A stretch of 64,000 nt of DNA from Mobula hypostoma (lineage: Eukaryota), in assembly GCF_963921235.1 (NCBI RefSeq), contig NC_086101.1:6760001-6824000 (forward strand), written 5' to 3'. Every line of letters begins with the position of its first letter. Position 1 is the stretch's first letter. Shown here one piece after another: positions 48,386 to 61,499 of the stretch. The translations under genes and the position numbers were made by a program. The notes beneath the pieces were generated by a model that was not told the origin of the DNA, made no database searches, and saw only the letters and a program-made list of their open reading frames with translations.

Positions 48386-48985
48386 GTGGAATTGAATTTA
48401 GGAGCCAAGAGGTAATGTTGCAGCTATATTGGATCCTGGTCAGACCCCACTTGCAGTACTGTGCTCAGTTCTGGTCGCCTCACTACAGGAAGGATGTGGA
48501 AGCCTTAGAAAGGGTGCATAGTACCCGTACAAGGATGTTGCTTGAGGAGCATGCCTTATGAGAATAGGTTGAGTGAACTCGGCCTTCTCTCCTGGAGCGA
48601 CGGAGGATGAGAAGTGACCTGATAGAGGTGTATAAGATGATGAGAGGCATTGATCGTGTGGATAGTCAGAGGCTTTTTCCCAGGGCTGAAATGGTTGCCA
48701 CAAGAGGACACACGTTTAAGGTGCTGGGGAGTAAGTACAGAGGATATGTCAGGGGTAAGGTTTTTACTCAGAAAATGGTGAGTGCGTGGGACGGGTTGAC
48801 GACAACGGTGGTGGAAGCGGATATGATAGAGTCTTTTAAGAGACTTTTGGATAGGTACATGGAGCTTGGAAAAATAGATGGCTATAGGTATGCGTAGTAA
48901 TTTCTAAGGTAGGGACATGTTCGGCACAACTTTGTGGGCCGAAGTGCCTGTATTGTGCTGTAGGTTTTTATGTTTCTATGTTTCT
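48386..48985 (+). mobile_element. CR1 LINE 3' end nested in an opposite-strand CR1
   Basis: MRSDLIEVYKMMRGIDRVDSQRLFPRA; tatgtttc tail; host resumes at tcctgtccgatcccggtgacc. Confidence 0.85.
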
Positions 48986-50429
48986 ATCCTGTCCGATCCC
49001 GGTGACCTATGCAACTTGATGCTTTCCAAAAGATCCAGCACAGCGTTTTCCTTAATATCTACATGTTCAAGCTTTTCATCCCTACAATCGCCAAGATCCT
49101 TTTCCTTAGTGAATATTGAAGCAAAGTGTTCATTAAGTACCTCTGCCTTATCCTTCGGTTTTATACACACTTTTCCACTGTCGCACTTAATTGGTCCTAT
49201 TCTCTCACGTCTTATCCATTTGCTCTTCACATACTTGTAGAATGCCTTGGGATTTCCTTAATCTTGCCCGCCAAGGCCTTCTCATGGCCCCTTCTGGCTC
49301 TCCTAATTTCATCCTTAAACTCCTTTCTGCGTGCCTTAGAATCCACTAGATCTCTGTCATGGCCTAGTTTTTAAACCTTCCATAATCTCTTCATTTCTAC
49401 ATTTCCTCATTTTTGCTTGACTACATTTACAACAGCCTTTGTAAACACCGGTTGCTATACTCTACCATCCTTTTCCTGTCTTATTGGAACATATCGTCGC
49501 AGAACCCGACATAAATATCCCCTGAATATTTGCCACATTTATTCCGTACGTTTGGCTGAGAACATCTGTTTCCAATTTATGCTTCCAAGTTCCTGCCTGA
49601 TAGCCTCATATTTCCCCTTCCTTCAAGTAAACGTTTCCCTAACTTGTCTTTCCTATCCCTCTCCAATGCTACCGTAAAGGAGATAGAATTGTGATCACTC
49701 TCTTCAAAATGCTCTCCCACCGAGAGACCTGCATCTGACCAGATTCATTTCCCAATTCCAGATCAAAACAACCTCTCCTCTTGTTGGTTTATCTACATAC
49801 TGTGTCAAGAAACCCTCCAGAATGCACCTATCAAACCCCATATAAACATTTTACTCTAGATAGATGCCAATCAATATTTTAGAAATTAAAATCTCCCACC
49901 ACAATAAGTGTTATTATTACTCCTTTCCAGAATCTGTCTCCATATCTGCTCCTCGAAGTCCCTGTTACTATTGGGTTCTCTATAAAACACCCAGTACAGT
50001 TATTGACCACTTCCTATTCTTAATTTACACCCACAGAAACTCCATAAAAAACTCCTCCATGACTTCCTCCTTTCCTGCAGCCGTGAAGCTATATTCGATC
50101 AACAGTGCCACTCCCCCACCTCTTTTGCCTCCCCCCTTGTCCTTTCTGTTACATCAAAGCCTGTCACTTGGTGCCCTTGCACCATCCAAGTCTCTGTAAT
50201 GGCCACGACATTATTATTCCAAGTGCTGATCCACGCTCTAAGCTCATTTGCTTTGTTCAAAATACTCCCCACATTAAAATAGTCACATTCAAACCATGGA
50301 TCTGAATGTCTTCTCTATCACCTGCCTATCTTCCGTTTTCTACTCTCTCCCAGCGTTCACTATTCGTGAGGCAACCTCATTTTCCTCCGTCACTTCAGTT
50401 CGGTTAACAATTCAAAAGATACAGAGATT

Positions 50430-50860
50430 TAATAGATTTAAAAAAAAACTTTATTGTCATTCTAACCGTACATCAGCGCTGCAGGGCAGAATGAGGTAGC
50501 GTTTCTCAGGAGCAGTGCAATCATAACATAACAAACGCAATACTAAATAATAAACATAACAATAAATAGTAAAACACAACAGCCACATGTCAGTTAAAAT
50601 CAAGTTTATAAGTGTCCAGTGCAAGTTAAAAGTGTCCAAAGCAGAGTCAGGTGGAGCAGCTATTTAGCAGTCTGACTGCTTGGGGAGGAAGCTCTTTAGT
50701 AGCCTCGTGGTTTTAGTTTTGATGCTCCTGTAACGTTTGCCTGAGGGCAGAAGAACAAACAGTCCATGGAGAGGGTGTGAGGGGTCTTCAATGATGTACC
50801 GTGTCTTCTGGAGGCATCGACTCTGAACTAGGTCTTGGACAGAAGGTAGGAAGACCCCAA
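50430..50860 (-). mobile_element. Rex1/Babar-type LINE 3' fragment
   Basis: Reverse strand reads HPLHGLFVLLPSGKRYRSIKTKTTRLLKSF; ctttattgtcattc 3' end. Confidence 0.8.
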
Positions 50861-51252
50861 CCCCCCACCCCAGTTTAAACTCTCCCCAATAACCTTTGCA
50901 AACATCTCCCCCAGGACATTGGTTCCCTTGAGATTCAAGTGCAACCCGTTGTTTTTGTTCAGGTCACACCTGTCCCAGAAGTGGTCGAAATGATCCAGAG
51001 TCTGAATCCCTGGCCCCTGCTCCAATCCCTCAGCCACGCATTTATCCTCTACCTCCTTCTATTCCTATACACACTGTCACCTGGCACAGACAGTAATCCT
51101 GAGGTTACTACCTTTGAGGTCCTGCTTTTCAACTTCCTTCTTAACGCCCTGTATTCTTCTTTCAGGACCTCCTCCCTTTTCCTGCTTATGTCGTTGGTAC
51201 CAACAGGTACCACAGCCTCTGGCTTTTCTCCTTCCCATTTCAAGACCTCCTA

Positions 51253-52366
51253 CTTAGTGTTGGATAGTGGGAATAAAAAGCAAGCTGGATGGTGCATTGT
51301 TTGGCCATTTGATGCTGTCCTTTCTGTGTATGGGTAATAGCAGGAAGGAAGAGCAGATGGAAGACAGGGAATTGTAGTGGTGAGGATCAGGGCATATCCA
51401 CGACAGTTATGGCCTTCTGAGACCGAGCCCGAATTCAAGGTGAGAATTCATATTTTGCTGCTGGATGAGAAGCGGCCAGAGTCAGCAATAGATTCCAGAA
51501 TGGTCACTCACCGATCCCGGGAGCAGTGCAGTCGCTCCACTGCAGTTGGGTGGGAATATTTTACTGGAAGTGCGATTACGCACAAGGTGAGGTTTTGCCA
51601 TTGTGTCCTGTCCTGCGGAGTAACTCACTGTGGAAGTGCAAGTATACCTAATTCCTGAGCAGCCCACTAGGGAACAACACCGTGTTCGTGGAGAATCCTG
51701 AAGCGTCATCGTACTTTGGCAGTTGGTACAAATGACCAGAATTCGCTGTTTTCATGATCTCAGGGTTCCTTTATCCCGGTCACTGTAACTCGCAGCTTCT
51801 GCCTGCTCATCATGCACAAGGTCACAATCCAAGCCCCGTGCAACCACCATCGTATACAGCGTGTGGACAGGGGCTGAATGATATTCTCAAATATTGACAG
51901 ACCGTTCCTGTTACGATATGAATTAATATTGTGATAATATTCGTCTTGTGTGACTGAATTTTCTTGGAGGGGCGGAAGGTAAAAGTGATGTTTGAGATTT
52001 TAAATATTCATGAAGGTCAGAGATAGACAATGGGAAACTCTTTAAATCTAGAGGGTACATGTCCATGGGGAAGTCGGGCGATGCAGGAGGAGAATTTAAG
52101 GAAGGCCAGGGGATAAATAGCAAACAAATAGTTGAATGACAAGAAATACAGAGGGCCAGGGAGACCCTGGAAAGAATGAGGACAGATCTCGGAAGATAGG
52201 GGCTTAGTTTCGTGGGTCAGTTAAGAAGGAGACTTGACTTCATTGGATGAAATTGCAAAATGCCAGAGCAGGAAGTACTGTTGGAACTATAGAAATACAA
52301 GTTCAGCCAAAATGAAGTGCTGCATATACTCCTGGTCATTACACCACAGGGACATACAGACTCACC
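51253..52366. repeat. Duplicated segment, copy A (paralogous to 61500-63379)
   Basis: Shared anchors cttagtgttg, caagctggatggtgcattg, cactcaccgatcccggga, ctggtca(t/c)tacaccacagggacat. Confidence 0.85.
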
Positions 52367-53185
52367 GGACATTTTCTTATTAGTAATGCTATCCCTGTGC
52401 CTTTATCTCGCCTCTATCATTATAATCTCAGAACAGTGATCTGCCAGTCCTGTCCGTTCTGCATCCAAGTCTCACTCATGAACAGAACGTCATATTTCCA
52501 ACATTCGCCCCACCAAGCACATCAACCAGTCAATTTCTATCTTTGCCTAACATCGACTTTCCCCACATCCACTCCACTGTTCTCTCTTAGCTGCGCTGGT
52601 CCATGGCCATGCAGTAACTGAAATTCTCCCCGGAATTTTCTTTTGTATTAATTGAAAGTGTCGTGTTAAGTATTTCTGCTTAGAGCAATGGTTGGTCTGC
52701 GCACCTGTAAAAAACAAAGTGAGGGAATGTTGATCCACTCCACTTGCTGCTCCGGAACTCTAGTTCCCACCTCCCGAAACTCTACTTTTAACTCCGACTC
52801 AGCGCACCATTAGGAGATCTTCACATATGGATATTGGTCCCTTCCCGTTCAGATACAAAATGTCCTGTTTGTACAGGCCCTGCCATCCCTGGAGAAGAGC
52901 ACAATGATTCATAATTCAGAAGCCTTCCATCTTGCACCATCTCCTTAGCCATATGTTAAACTGCACTCTCTTTTTACTTTGTCCGCTCGCACGTGGCACG
53001 TTTAGTAATCTTGAGGTCACCATTCTGGAGGTCCTGATCTTTTAACTTCGGACCTAATACCCTGAACTCACTTTGCAGGACCTTGTCACCATTCCTGACG
53101 ATGTCATTGGTATCAATGTAAATAACATCTTCTGGCTGCTCACACTTCTCCTCAACGCTCCTTGATGAGTAGGATAAATAAATCG

Positions 53186-53855
53186 TTAGATTATGAGAAC
53201 ACTCGGTCCTCTTTTATCGTCATTTAGAAATGCATACATGCATTAAGAAACGATACAATGTTTCTCCAGAGTGATATCACAGAAAACAGGACAGACCAAA
53301 GACTAGCACTGACAGAACCACATAACTATAGCATATAGTTAGAGCAGTGCAAAACAATACCATAACTTGATGAAGAACAGACCATGGGCACAATAAAAAA
53401 AAGTCTCAAAGTCCCGAGTCGATCGACTCCCGAGTCCCCGATAGCGGCGGCAAAAGGGAGAAACTCCCTGCCATAAACCTCCAGGCACCGTCAACTTGCC
53501 GATACCATGGAAGCACCCGACCACAGCCGACACTGAGTCCATCCGTCCGAAAACTCCGAGCTTCCGACCAGCCTGTCCAATAGAATCTCCCGAGCGCCAT
53601 CCTCTGACGAGCGCCTCCGACCTCTCCCCGGCCGCTGAAACACGCAATGCCGAGGATTTCGAGGCCTTCAGCTCCGGAGATTCCGTTTACCACACAGTAG
53701 CAGCGGCAGCGAAGCGGGCATTTCAGAAATTTTCCAGATGTTCCTCTGTGCTCTCATGTCCTTCTCCATCAAATCAGAATTGTGCACGGTCCCCTACTTG
53801 ACAGATAACAGATATCATCACCGAAATGGCTGCGCGCCGCCATCTTCTCCCCCCT
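53186..53855 (-). mobile_element. Non-coding retroelement family, copy 2 (most complete)
   Basis: 5' end GGGGAGAAGATGGCGGCG, CpG-rich body, 3' end ...ctaaatgacgataaaagagg..cataatctaa. Confidence 0.8.
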
Positions 53856-54965
53856 CCCGGGAAATCATTGGGACATTTTATACAATCATTCAAAACAAGA
53901 CAGTTGCTTACGAGAAAGTCAGACCTCTCAAGGATAAAGAGGGAATTTGTGCCTGGAGCATGACGATATGGGTGAGGTACGAAGCAAGCATTTCACATCA
54001 GTATTCACCAAGGAGAAGGACAAAGGTGATCCAGCGGGCATTGTGTAGACTGGTAATAGTCCGGGCACGTTGACATCAACGAAGTGGTGTTGGGTTTCCC
54101 ACAGGGTAAAAATGTCAAATACGGGAGGGCATAGCATCAAGCTTAAAGGAGATGTGCGTTTTGTTTTGTTTTGTTTTACCCAGAGTGGTAGGTACCTGGG
54201 AAGAGCTCCTGGGTTCGGTGGTGGAAGCAGACATGATAGAGCCTTTTATCACTCTCATCTAAAAGGCCGTGTCTTCTGTTGATCAAATCTCAAAGTCCAT
54301 CTGCTTTACCAGGGCATTAAATAGATTAAATTTCCCCTTCAAACCTCCCATGTCAGGTCCATGTCTGGTCTGCCCACTGGACCATACAGGATGTGCCCTC
54401 GTTTTTTCACTACCATTGGGGAAGAGGTACAGGAGCCTGAACCCACACTCAATGTTTTAGGAACAGCTTCTTCCTCCAATACCAGATTTCCAAATGGTTC
54501 ATGAAGGAGACAGAGGGTGGTCCTGGCAGCTTCTTAATCAGATTGGAGGCCTCTGTCCAGTGACGTTCTCAGGGATCGGTGCTGGTACTGTTATTTGACC
54601 TCGATGTTATCAATTTCTCTGACATTGTTGTTAACGTCATTACTGAGTGTGCAGATGACAGCAACATTGGCGGTAGAGTGAACGGTGAAGATTATGTGAG
54701 AGTATAGTGCGATCAAGATGATCTGTCGATGTCGGCCACGGAACAGCAAAAAGGTGTTAACCTGGACAAATGTGAGGTGATGAATTATGAGACCAACCAG
54801 GGTAGAACCGGCACAGTAAATTCTTGTCCCTTGGAGAGGATTGCAGAAGAGAAAGTCTATGAAATACAGGAACATCATTCACTGAAAGTAACAACGCAGG
54901 TAGTCAGGATGGTGAAGATGGTGATTAGTCTATTTGTCCTCATTGGTCACGGAATTGAGTACAGG

Positions 54966-55482
54966 ATTTGGGCTGTTCTACGAGTCTGTGGTCGTCAGTG
55001 CGATCATGTTTGCTGTTGTGTGCTGGGGCAGCAGGCTGGGGGTAGCAGACACCAGCAGAATTACCAAACTCATTCGTAAGGCCAGTGATGTTGTGGGGAT
55101 GGAACTGGACTCTCTCACGGTGGTGTCTGAAAAGAGGATGCTGTCTAAGTTGCATGCCATCTTGGACAATGTCTCCCATCCACTACACAATGTACTGGGT
55201 GGGCACAGGAGTACATTCAGCCAGAGACTCATTCCACCGAGATGCAACACAAAGCATCATAGGAAGTCATTCCTGCCTGTGGCCATCAAACTTTACAACT
55301 CCTCCCTTGGAGGGTCAGACACCCTGAGCCAATAGGGTGGTGCTGGACTTATTTCCTGGCATAATTTACATATTACTATTTAAGTATTTATGGTTTTATT
55401 ACTACTTAATTATTTATGGTGCATCTGCAACGAAAACAATTTCCCCCCGGGATCAATGAAGTATGACTATGACTATGACTAT
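54966..55482 (+). mobile_element. Rex1/Babar-type LINE 3' end inserted in a decayed CR1
   Basis: FYESVVVSAIMFAVVCWGS..ILDNVSHPLH..RKSFLPVAIKLYNSS*; (tatgac)n tail. Confidence 0.85.
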
Positions 55483-55619
55483 GTCTATATGACAACTGTA
55501 ATAGTCAAAGTGAGACCATACTGTATTGTGCACAGTTCTGGACGCCCAGCTACAGAAAGGATGTCATTAGACTATAAGATGAGGCTCACTCGACATAAAT
55601 GTTTCAAAATCTGTATCAG

Positions 55620-56090
55620 TATCAGTGTCGTTTTTCATTCCTAGCTCCTGCATCATGAAATCTTCGTCCGTCTCCTCTAGACTCCATGTCTCTGGTAGCT
55701 GCAGTACGGGAAGACTTGTCAAGCAGCGCAGGTCTCATGGCTGAAGGGAGATTAAAGTATTCAACTGAGTTCCTGTTTTTAGCAGAGAAAGCAGACACAC
55801 TGGTCAGACAGAAGTAGCAGTCTCGCACATGGTCCTTCTGCTCTCGCCATATGATCAGGGCGGCGAAAGGCATTGACTTCCGAGTTCCCCTGAGCCAAGC
55901 TCTAAGGTAGACAGCGCATGCTGCACAACGAATATGAGAGCCCAGACTTTGTTTTGGTCACTAACTTTACACCCAAAGTAGAGCTTATAATTTTTCTTAG
56001 AAAGAGGAGTCATGCTCCATCTTTGAGGTTTAAGCATATACTGGTCACAAATATAACAGAAAGTATCGCGGCTATTGCAACATTAATAAG
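55620..56090 (-). mobile_element. Chapaev3-like DNA transposase N-terminal fragment (pseudogenised)
   Basis: CNSRDTFCYICDQY..YKLYFGCKVSDQNKVWA..MPFAALIIWREQKDHVRDCYFC..LPSAMRP matches the cysteine-rich N-terminus pattern of Chapaev-type transposases. Confidence 0.7.
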
Positions 56091-57129
56091 ATATTTTGCT
56101 GTCAGAAATACTCCTGAAAATAACAATGATTAATTTTGATGAGTACACACAATATGCTCCGCGTATAGAGCATGTGCATCAATGTGATCACAAAGCGATA
56201 TACACGTAAACACAATGCACAGAACGGTGTGTGTGTGATGCTTTTATAGCCTTTCTAAAACCTGCCAGGCTATGCAGCACCTGCCCTGCCTGATGACTGC
56301 TCATTCTTGTTTGTTGTCCCCTCTTCGGAAACAGCTGGCTGATGAAAATAAAATTACAACCTGCAAGGACTGGAAATCTGAAATAACAGCAGCAAAACCC
56401 AGAACCACTCATCGGGTCAGGTAGCACCTGTGAAAAGTGAAACGCTTAATGTTGTAGTCCTGGGAACTGCATCAGAGCTGGGAAAGAAAGGTTTGCTATT
56501 TTTATTTCATTTAGTCAAGAGCTCTGAAATGGGATGAATTGATTTGGAGATCTGCATGATGAATGCATAAATTATTTGAAGGTGGATGACATTATTTAAA
56601 ACAATGGGAGTTTGTAGAGGAGACAGGATGGAGGAAACTCAAAGGGCAGCGATCTGAACCAATGGATAGACAACAATTGTACATTGTGACATCCCGAGGA
56701 ACAAGAATACTATTTAAATTCCACCATAGGTCAATGACCTTCCATCCACACTCAGCCAGATGCAGTTACCACAAAACAAACTTAAACAAGTTGATTTTTG
56801 CCGTATTTCAGCACTGCTTTGGAATAAAACTTTCCATTTGTACTCGATGAAGGGTCAGAGACAGCTTGATAAAGGTTACCTAAGATACAGAAAGCAGGCT
56901 TCAGCCCCCAGTGGCTGTTTATCAGCCTGCAGCGTCAATGGTTATCCCACAGATAGCATATCTTAAAAGCATTACCTCATCGCAGTGTGTGTGACCTTGC
57001 TGTGTTTGCTACTAGGATGCTGTCTTTGACCTGGTACCAGTGATTGCAAATGCAAATCCTTCCGTGATGGTCTGATTTTCTGTTGACCGAGGGAAATCTT
57101 GCATGTTAGCAACAGTCTAAATAGTAACT

Positions 57130-57857
57130 AGGAGAGGTTATTGCGAGAACATACACCAGCCTTCATTGGTGGGGCGGGTGGCGGGGTGGGTGTCAGCAGT
57201 GGAAAGGGTGAATCGCTGCAAGTTCCTGGGCATCAACATCTTAGAGGACGCATCTTAGTCCAACTTATTGATGCAATCATGAAGAGGGCATGCCAAGGGG
57301 TTTACTTTCTTAGGAGTTTGAGGAGATTTGGTATATCAGCAATGGCTCTTGTATGGCAGAAAGCATTCTGACTAGCTGCGTGACCGTCTGGTATGGAGGC
57401 TCCAATGCACAGGATTGAAAGCGACTGCAGAGGAGTGTGGACTGGATTGGAGGGCGTACTTTATGAGAATAGGTGGATTGTACTTGGCCTATTCTCCTTT
57501 GAGCGACGGAGGATGAGCGGTGACCTGATAGAGGTGTATCAGAATATGAAAGGCATTGATTGTGTGGATAGGCAGAGGCTTTTTCTAAGGTGCTTGGAAG
57601 TACGTACAAGGGGGATGTCAGGGGTAAGTTTTACACGCAGAGAGTGGTAGGAGCGTGGAATGCACTGCCGTCGGCGGTGCTGAAAGCCAATACAATGGGG
57701 TATTTTAAGAGCCTTTTAGATAGGTACATGGAGCTCTGTAAATAGAGGGCTATACACTGGGCAAATTCTAGGCAGTTTCTAGAGTAGGGTACATGGTCGG
57801 CACAACATTGTGGGCCAAAGGGCCTGTAATGTGCTGAAAATTTCTATCTTCTATGTT
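57130..57857 (+). mobile_element. Rex1-type fragment fused to a CR1 3' end
   Basis: KFLGINI..YFLRSLRRFG, then LGLFSFERRRMSGDLIEVY and a CR1 3' UTR. Confidence 0.72.
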
Positions 57858-59976
57858 GTACAACAGACTGACTATTGATCTCAGTGTCTTGACTAATCTT
57901 CATGACCATCAGATCAATTGATGTGGCCTCTGTCAGGGCGCTATGGACTTGGATCCCTTTATCCCTCTGTACCAGAATGACTGATCTTTTATGTTTGGTT
58001 TCCCAAAGTGGAACGTCCCACTTCTGGCCTTGTTAAACTTAATTATCTATTTTTCTACCCATATCTGCCATTTCGATGATATCTTTAGATTTTGCATTAC
58101 TTGCTGCTGGTTCCTGAAAAGTTTCCGGAACTCTGGTTTACCTCCATCTCTGGTCACTCAGTTTACAGCAGATACGGCTGAATTTGATATTTTCCTTGTT
58201 CTCATTTGTTGACCACAGATAGTTCATCTTTCCCCTGAATCACGCAGTTTAATTGTGAGCAATGTCTGCTCAGTGTTATATACAGCTGTTAAAACATCTG
58301 CCACTGCTCAGCCACTGACCTGTGCTGAGCCTGTGTATACTGTCCACCCCAAACAACTCCACCTTTGCACATGTGCAACTGCCTTTATTTAGGTTTAGGA
58401 TATTGGTTATGGACCTGGATGTTCACCATCAAACTGTGTTTGGAATTCTCCACGTTGTGTTTGCTTCCTCCTCGGGATCCTTCACCATAAGTTATCTTAC
58501 TAATTGCACAAACTCATTGGAAAAAAAACACATTTAAAACAGCCTGTTCCTCGATCACTGCTGTAACAAAGCACCAGAAGAAACAGTACCTGACCTCTCC
58601 ACAAATTCCTCTTCTACTGTACCTTGCCACTTCGATTAATTTAATCGATGTACAGATTAAATCACTGATGACAAACATAGATACACTCTCACCTTCCTTT
58701 GATATTTCCTCATTGCATTTTGCCCCGTTAAGAGGGAACAACTGCGGGACAAGAGAGCACTCTCACCCAAGTCTCCTTTTCCCTGCCTTTCATTAATCTC
58801 CACACATTCCCATTTTCCAACACTGCCCCTACGTCCATATCCACCCCCTCCACTATGCAGTGAACAAGAACTCCCTCCTCCTTTTCCTTTTGCAGAACAT
58901 TGAATATCCTAGAATACTGTATTCCCCTCACGTTACCCTACAATCTTCTTCCTGAAATCGCTGTTAGATCAAACACAGTTGTTAATATTTGTGCTGTCAA
59001 CTCCTCTATCCTGTTACAAATGCTTATTGTGTTCAGATAAGGTCCCCCAAGCTCTGATATTTTTACATTTTTTTTGTTTAACCAGCTCACTTTCTGACAT
59101 TAAATTTGCTGATAATCTGCACCTTACTATTCCTTTGATTTTCTTTTCCCATCAGTAAATGGTGGAGCACAGAACAGCACAGGATCAGGCCTTTCAGCCC
59201 AGGATTTCTGTGCTGTCCAGGAAATCAAATTAATCTACACCTTAGAGCAAGATGTCCGAGCCATATAAAGAGGTAAGTTTGGAAAGCCGTTTCTTTGCAG
59301 TAAAAGACGACCAACTGTGTATTGTTAGTTGATAATTTGATTAGATAACTAATTGGCAGTAGCCAGTAAAACAGGTTAGAGTCACGCGGAGATGCCATTT
59401 TGGGAAGGGTCGGTATCAGAGAACTGAGAATTTGGCTTCACGGGGCAGTGGCAATGAGGTTCTGTTAAGTTCTCTTTCATTCTTTATTGCACAGGTAGAA
59501 CAGTGGGAATGGATCCCAGAGATTTGCTCTGCTCCTCTCGCAGGACGTCGGAAGTCAGTGAGACCTCTTATGATCCTGATAGCTACACTTGTGAAAACTG
59601 CATTCGGCTGTAACTTTTTACAGACCGTGTTAGGGAACTGGAGTTCAATAACCTTTGGATCATTCAGAAGACCGAAGGGTTGATAGATAAGAGTTACAGG
59701 GAGGGAGACACACTTACGTTGCAGAAGCCAGCTAGCCGCGTGACTGCTTGGAGAGGGAAAAGGAGTGTGAAGTATTCAGAAGGCCGAAAGGATTAATTTT
59801 TTTGTCCATTTTATTACAAATTTAATTGGTTCAGCACAACATTGTGGGTCAAAGGACCTGTTCCTGTGCTGTATTGTTTTACATGCTATCAATTAATGAG
59901 ACTTGATTACTGGATGGGTAGAACTGGCAGCTCAATGTTCTGAGTTTCCAATGATTTGGACATGATAGAGTGAGTT

Positions 59977-60099
59977 GCCGGCTGGTGGAGTAGTGGCAGC
60001 AGCGCCGGACTTCAGCGCGAAGGATCCCAAGTTCGAATACAGCCGACGACGTCCCGATGACTCCACTCGGAGTTAAGGGCTTTCTTCTTCTTCTTCTTC
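59977..60099 (+). mobile_element. Very short tRNA-headed SINE with (TTC)n tail and TSD
   Basis: A box TGGAGTAGTGG, B box GTTCGAAT, tail ctccactcggagttaagggct(ttc)n; gtgagttg on both sides. Confidence 0.8.
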
Positions 60100-61499
60100 G
60101 TGAGTTGTATGGGGGGGGGGCATAATTCATCAAGAAAAATGTCACAGTAGTGCTTAGGGAGTACGTACTGGAGACTTGCCTGCTGAGGCTATATGGATGC
60201 AACTAAGGATTGAAGAAGGATGAACATATTAATGGTACTATGTAAAACACATTAATGAAATTAGAGCAGTGAATTTCGTGTATATGGATTCACTAAGGGA
60301 CTTGATATGGTTCTTTATACTTGTCATGTGCTTTGTTTGATCCTGCTTTTCGTCTCTTTACATGTTTTTCCTTTTATCTTCTTGTCTACATTCATTTGTT
60401 ACCTGGACATCCAATCTTTCCAACCCTGTACTTCCTTCTAACAGGAACAGTTCCTTCCTATAATCTGTGCAATTAACCAGTAAACACCCTCCATTGCCAG
60501 AGAAAATGTGTTCCCAATTAATTCTTCTTAATTCCTGCCTATTGCCTTCATAATTTTCCCGACTTCAATTTACAGCCCTTCACAAGTGTCATACCTATCC
60601 TTATCTTTAGCTAAACTGAATGTTAAGGAGTTGTAATCTCTGGTCTCCGGGTACACAGCCTTAGATCTTCCGACTCCCACGACACACCGATCTCCAGCCC
60701 AGACAGCGAGCTTCGAACCCCCGTCTCCAGGGCCACGAAACCTCGGACCTCCGAAGCCGATCCAAGCTCTTCCCTGCGCTCTTGCAGTGCCGAATAACGG
60801 CCAGTCGTAAAACCTCGACAGCGGATCCCATTCTTACAAAGTATTGAAGTCAGCGGTAACTCCAGGTCAAGGTTTTCAAAAGAACCCTAAAAGCGGAAAA
60901 CAGCGATATTAAAGATAGAAATAGAACTGTTTCCGAAGATACAATCTGAGTAGTCGCCGTTAGGCGCCATTGATTCTCCTAAGCTCCTCCCCTTTCGGAA
61001 TCTGTATACTCAGTGTGGGATCTCTTCCCTTCTTTTCACAATGTCAGTGGTCCCGATTTGCACCAGGACCTCTGGTTGTTCACCCTTCCCCTTGACAATG
61101 TCATTCAGCTGCAGGTATACCCGGGAGGAAACACATCATCCTGGTGTCTCTTTTGCAGCCACAGTATCTCCTGTCGGTCCTCCCTAACTACTGAGTCCCC
61201 TGTCACAACCACACTGCCTGACTTTTCCCTCTGCTGCGCCTCAGAGCCAACCACAGTGCCGCTGCTGCTTCTGTGCCCTGATGGGTCGTCACCCGGACCC
61301 AAAGAGGTATACATGTTGCTGAGGGGAATGGACACAGGGGAACCATCAGGATTTCTTAGTCTCGTATTAAAGAATTTCGCAGAATTCGGTACAGGTAAAA
61401 TTCACCGATATAGTCAGTGGACTTTGGCTGACTGTCTGAGGATCTTGCTTAAAAACTGTGATGCTCCGACTTTGAAGAGCTCCGATAGCAGGTCACAGG

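Larger units (their letters stand above)
46980..51245 (-). mobile_element. Near full-length decayed CR1 LINE with two nested insertions
   Basis: RT motifs YMDFRKAFDKVSH and KFAHDTKVGG; EVLNEHFASIFTKE; ORF1 EAVVPVGTND, GLHLNLKG; nested CR1 (+) and Rex1-type (-) pieces. Confidence 0.83.

Noticed and set aside
59977..60050. tRNA gene
   Set aside because: A and B boxes are present but no convincing cloverleaf; followed by a retroposon tail and TSD, so it is a SINE.
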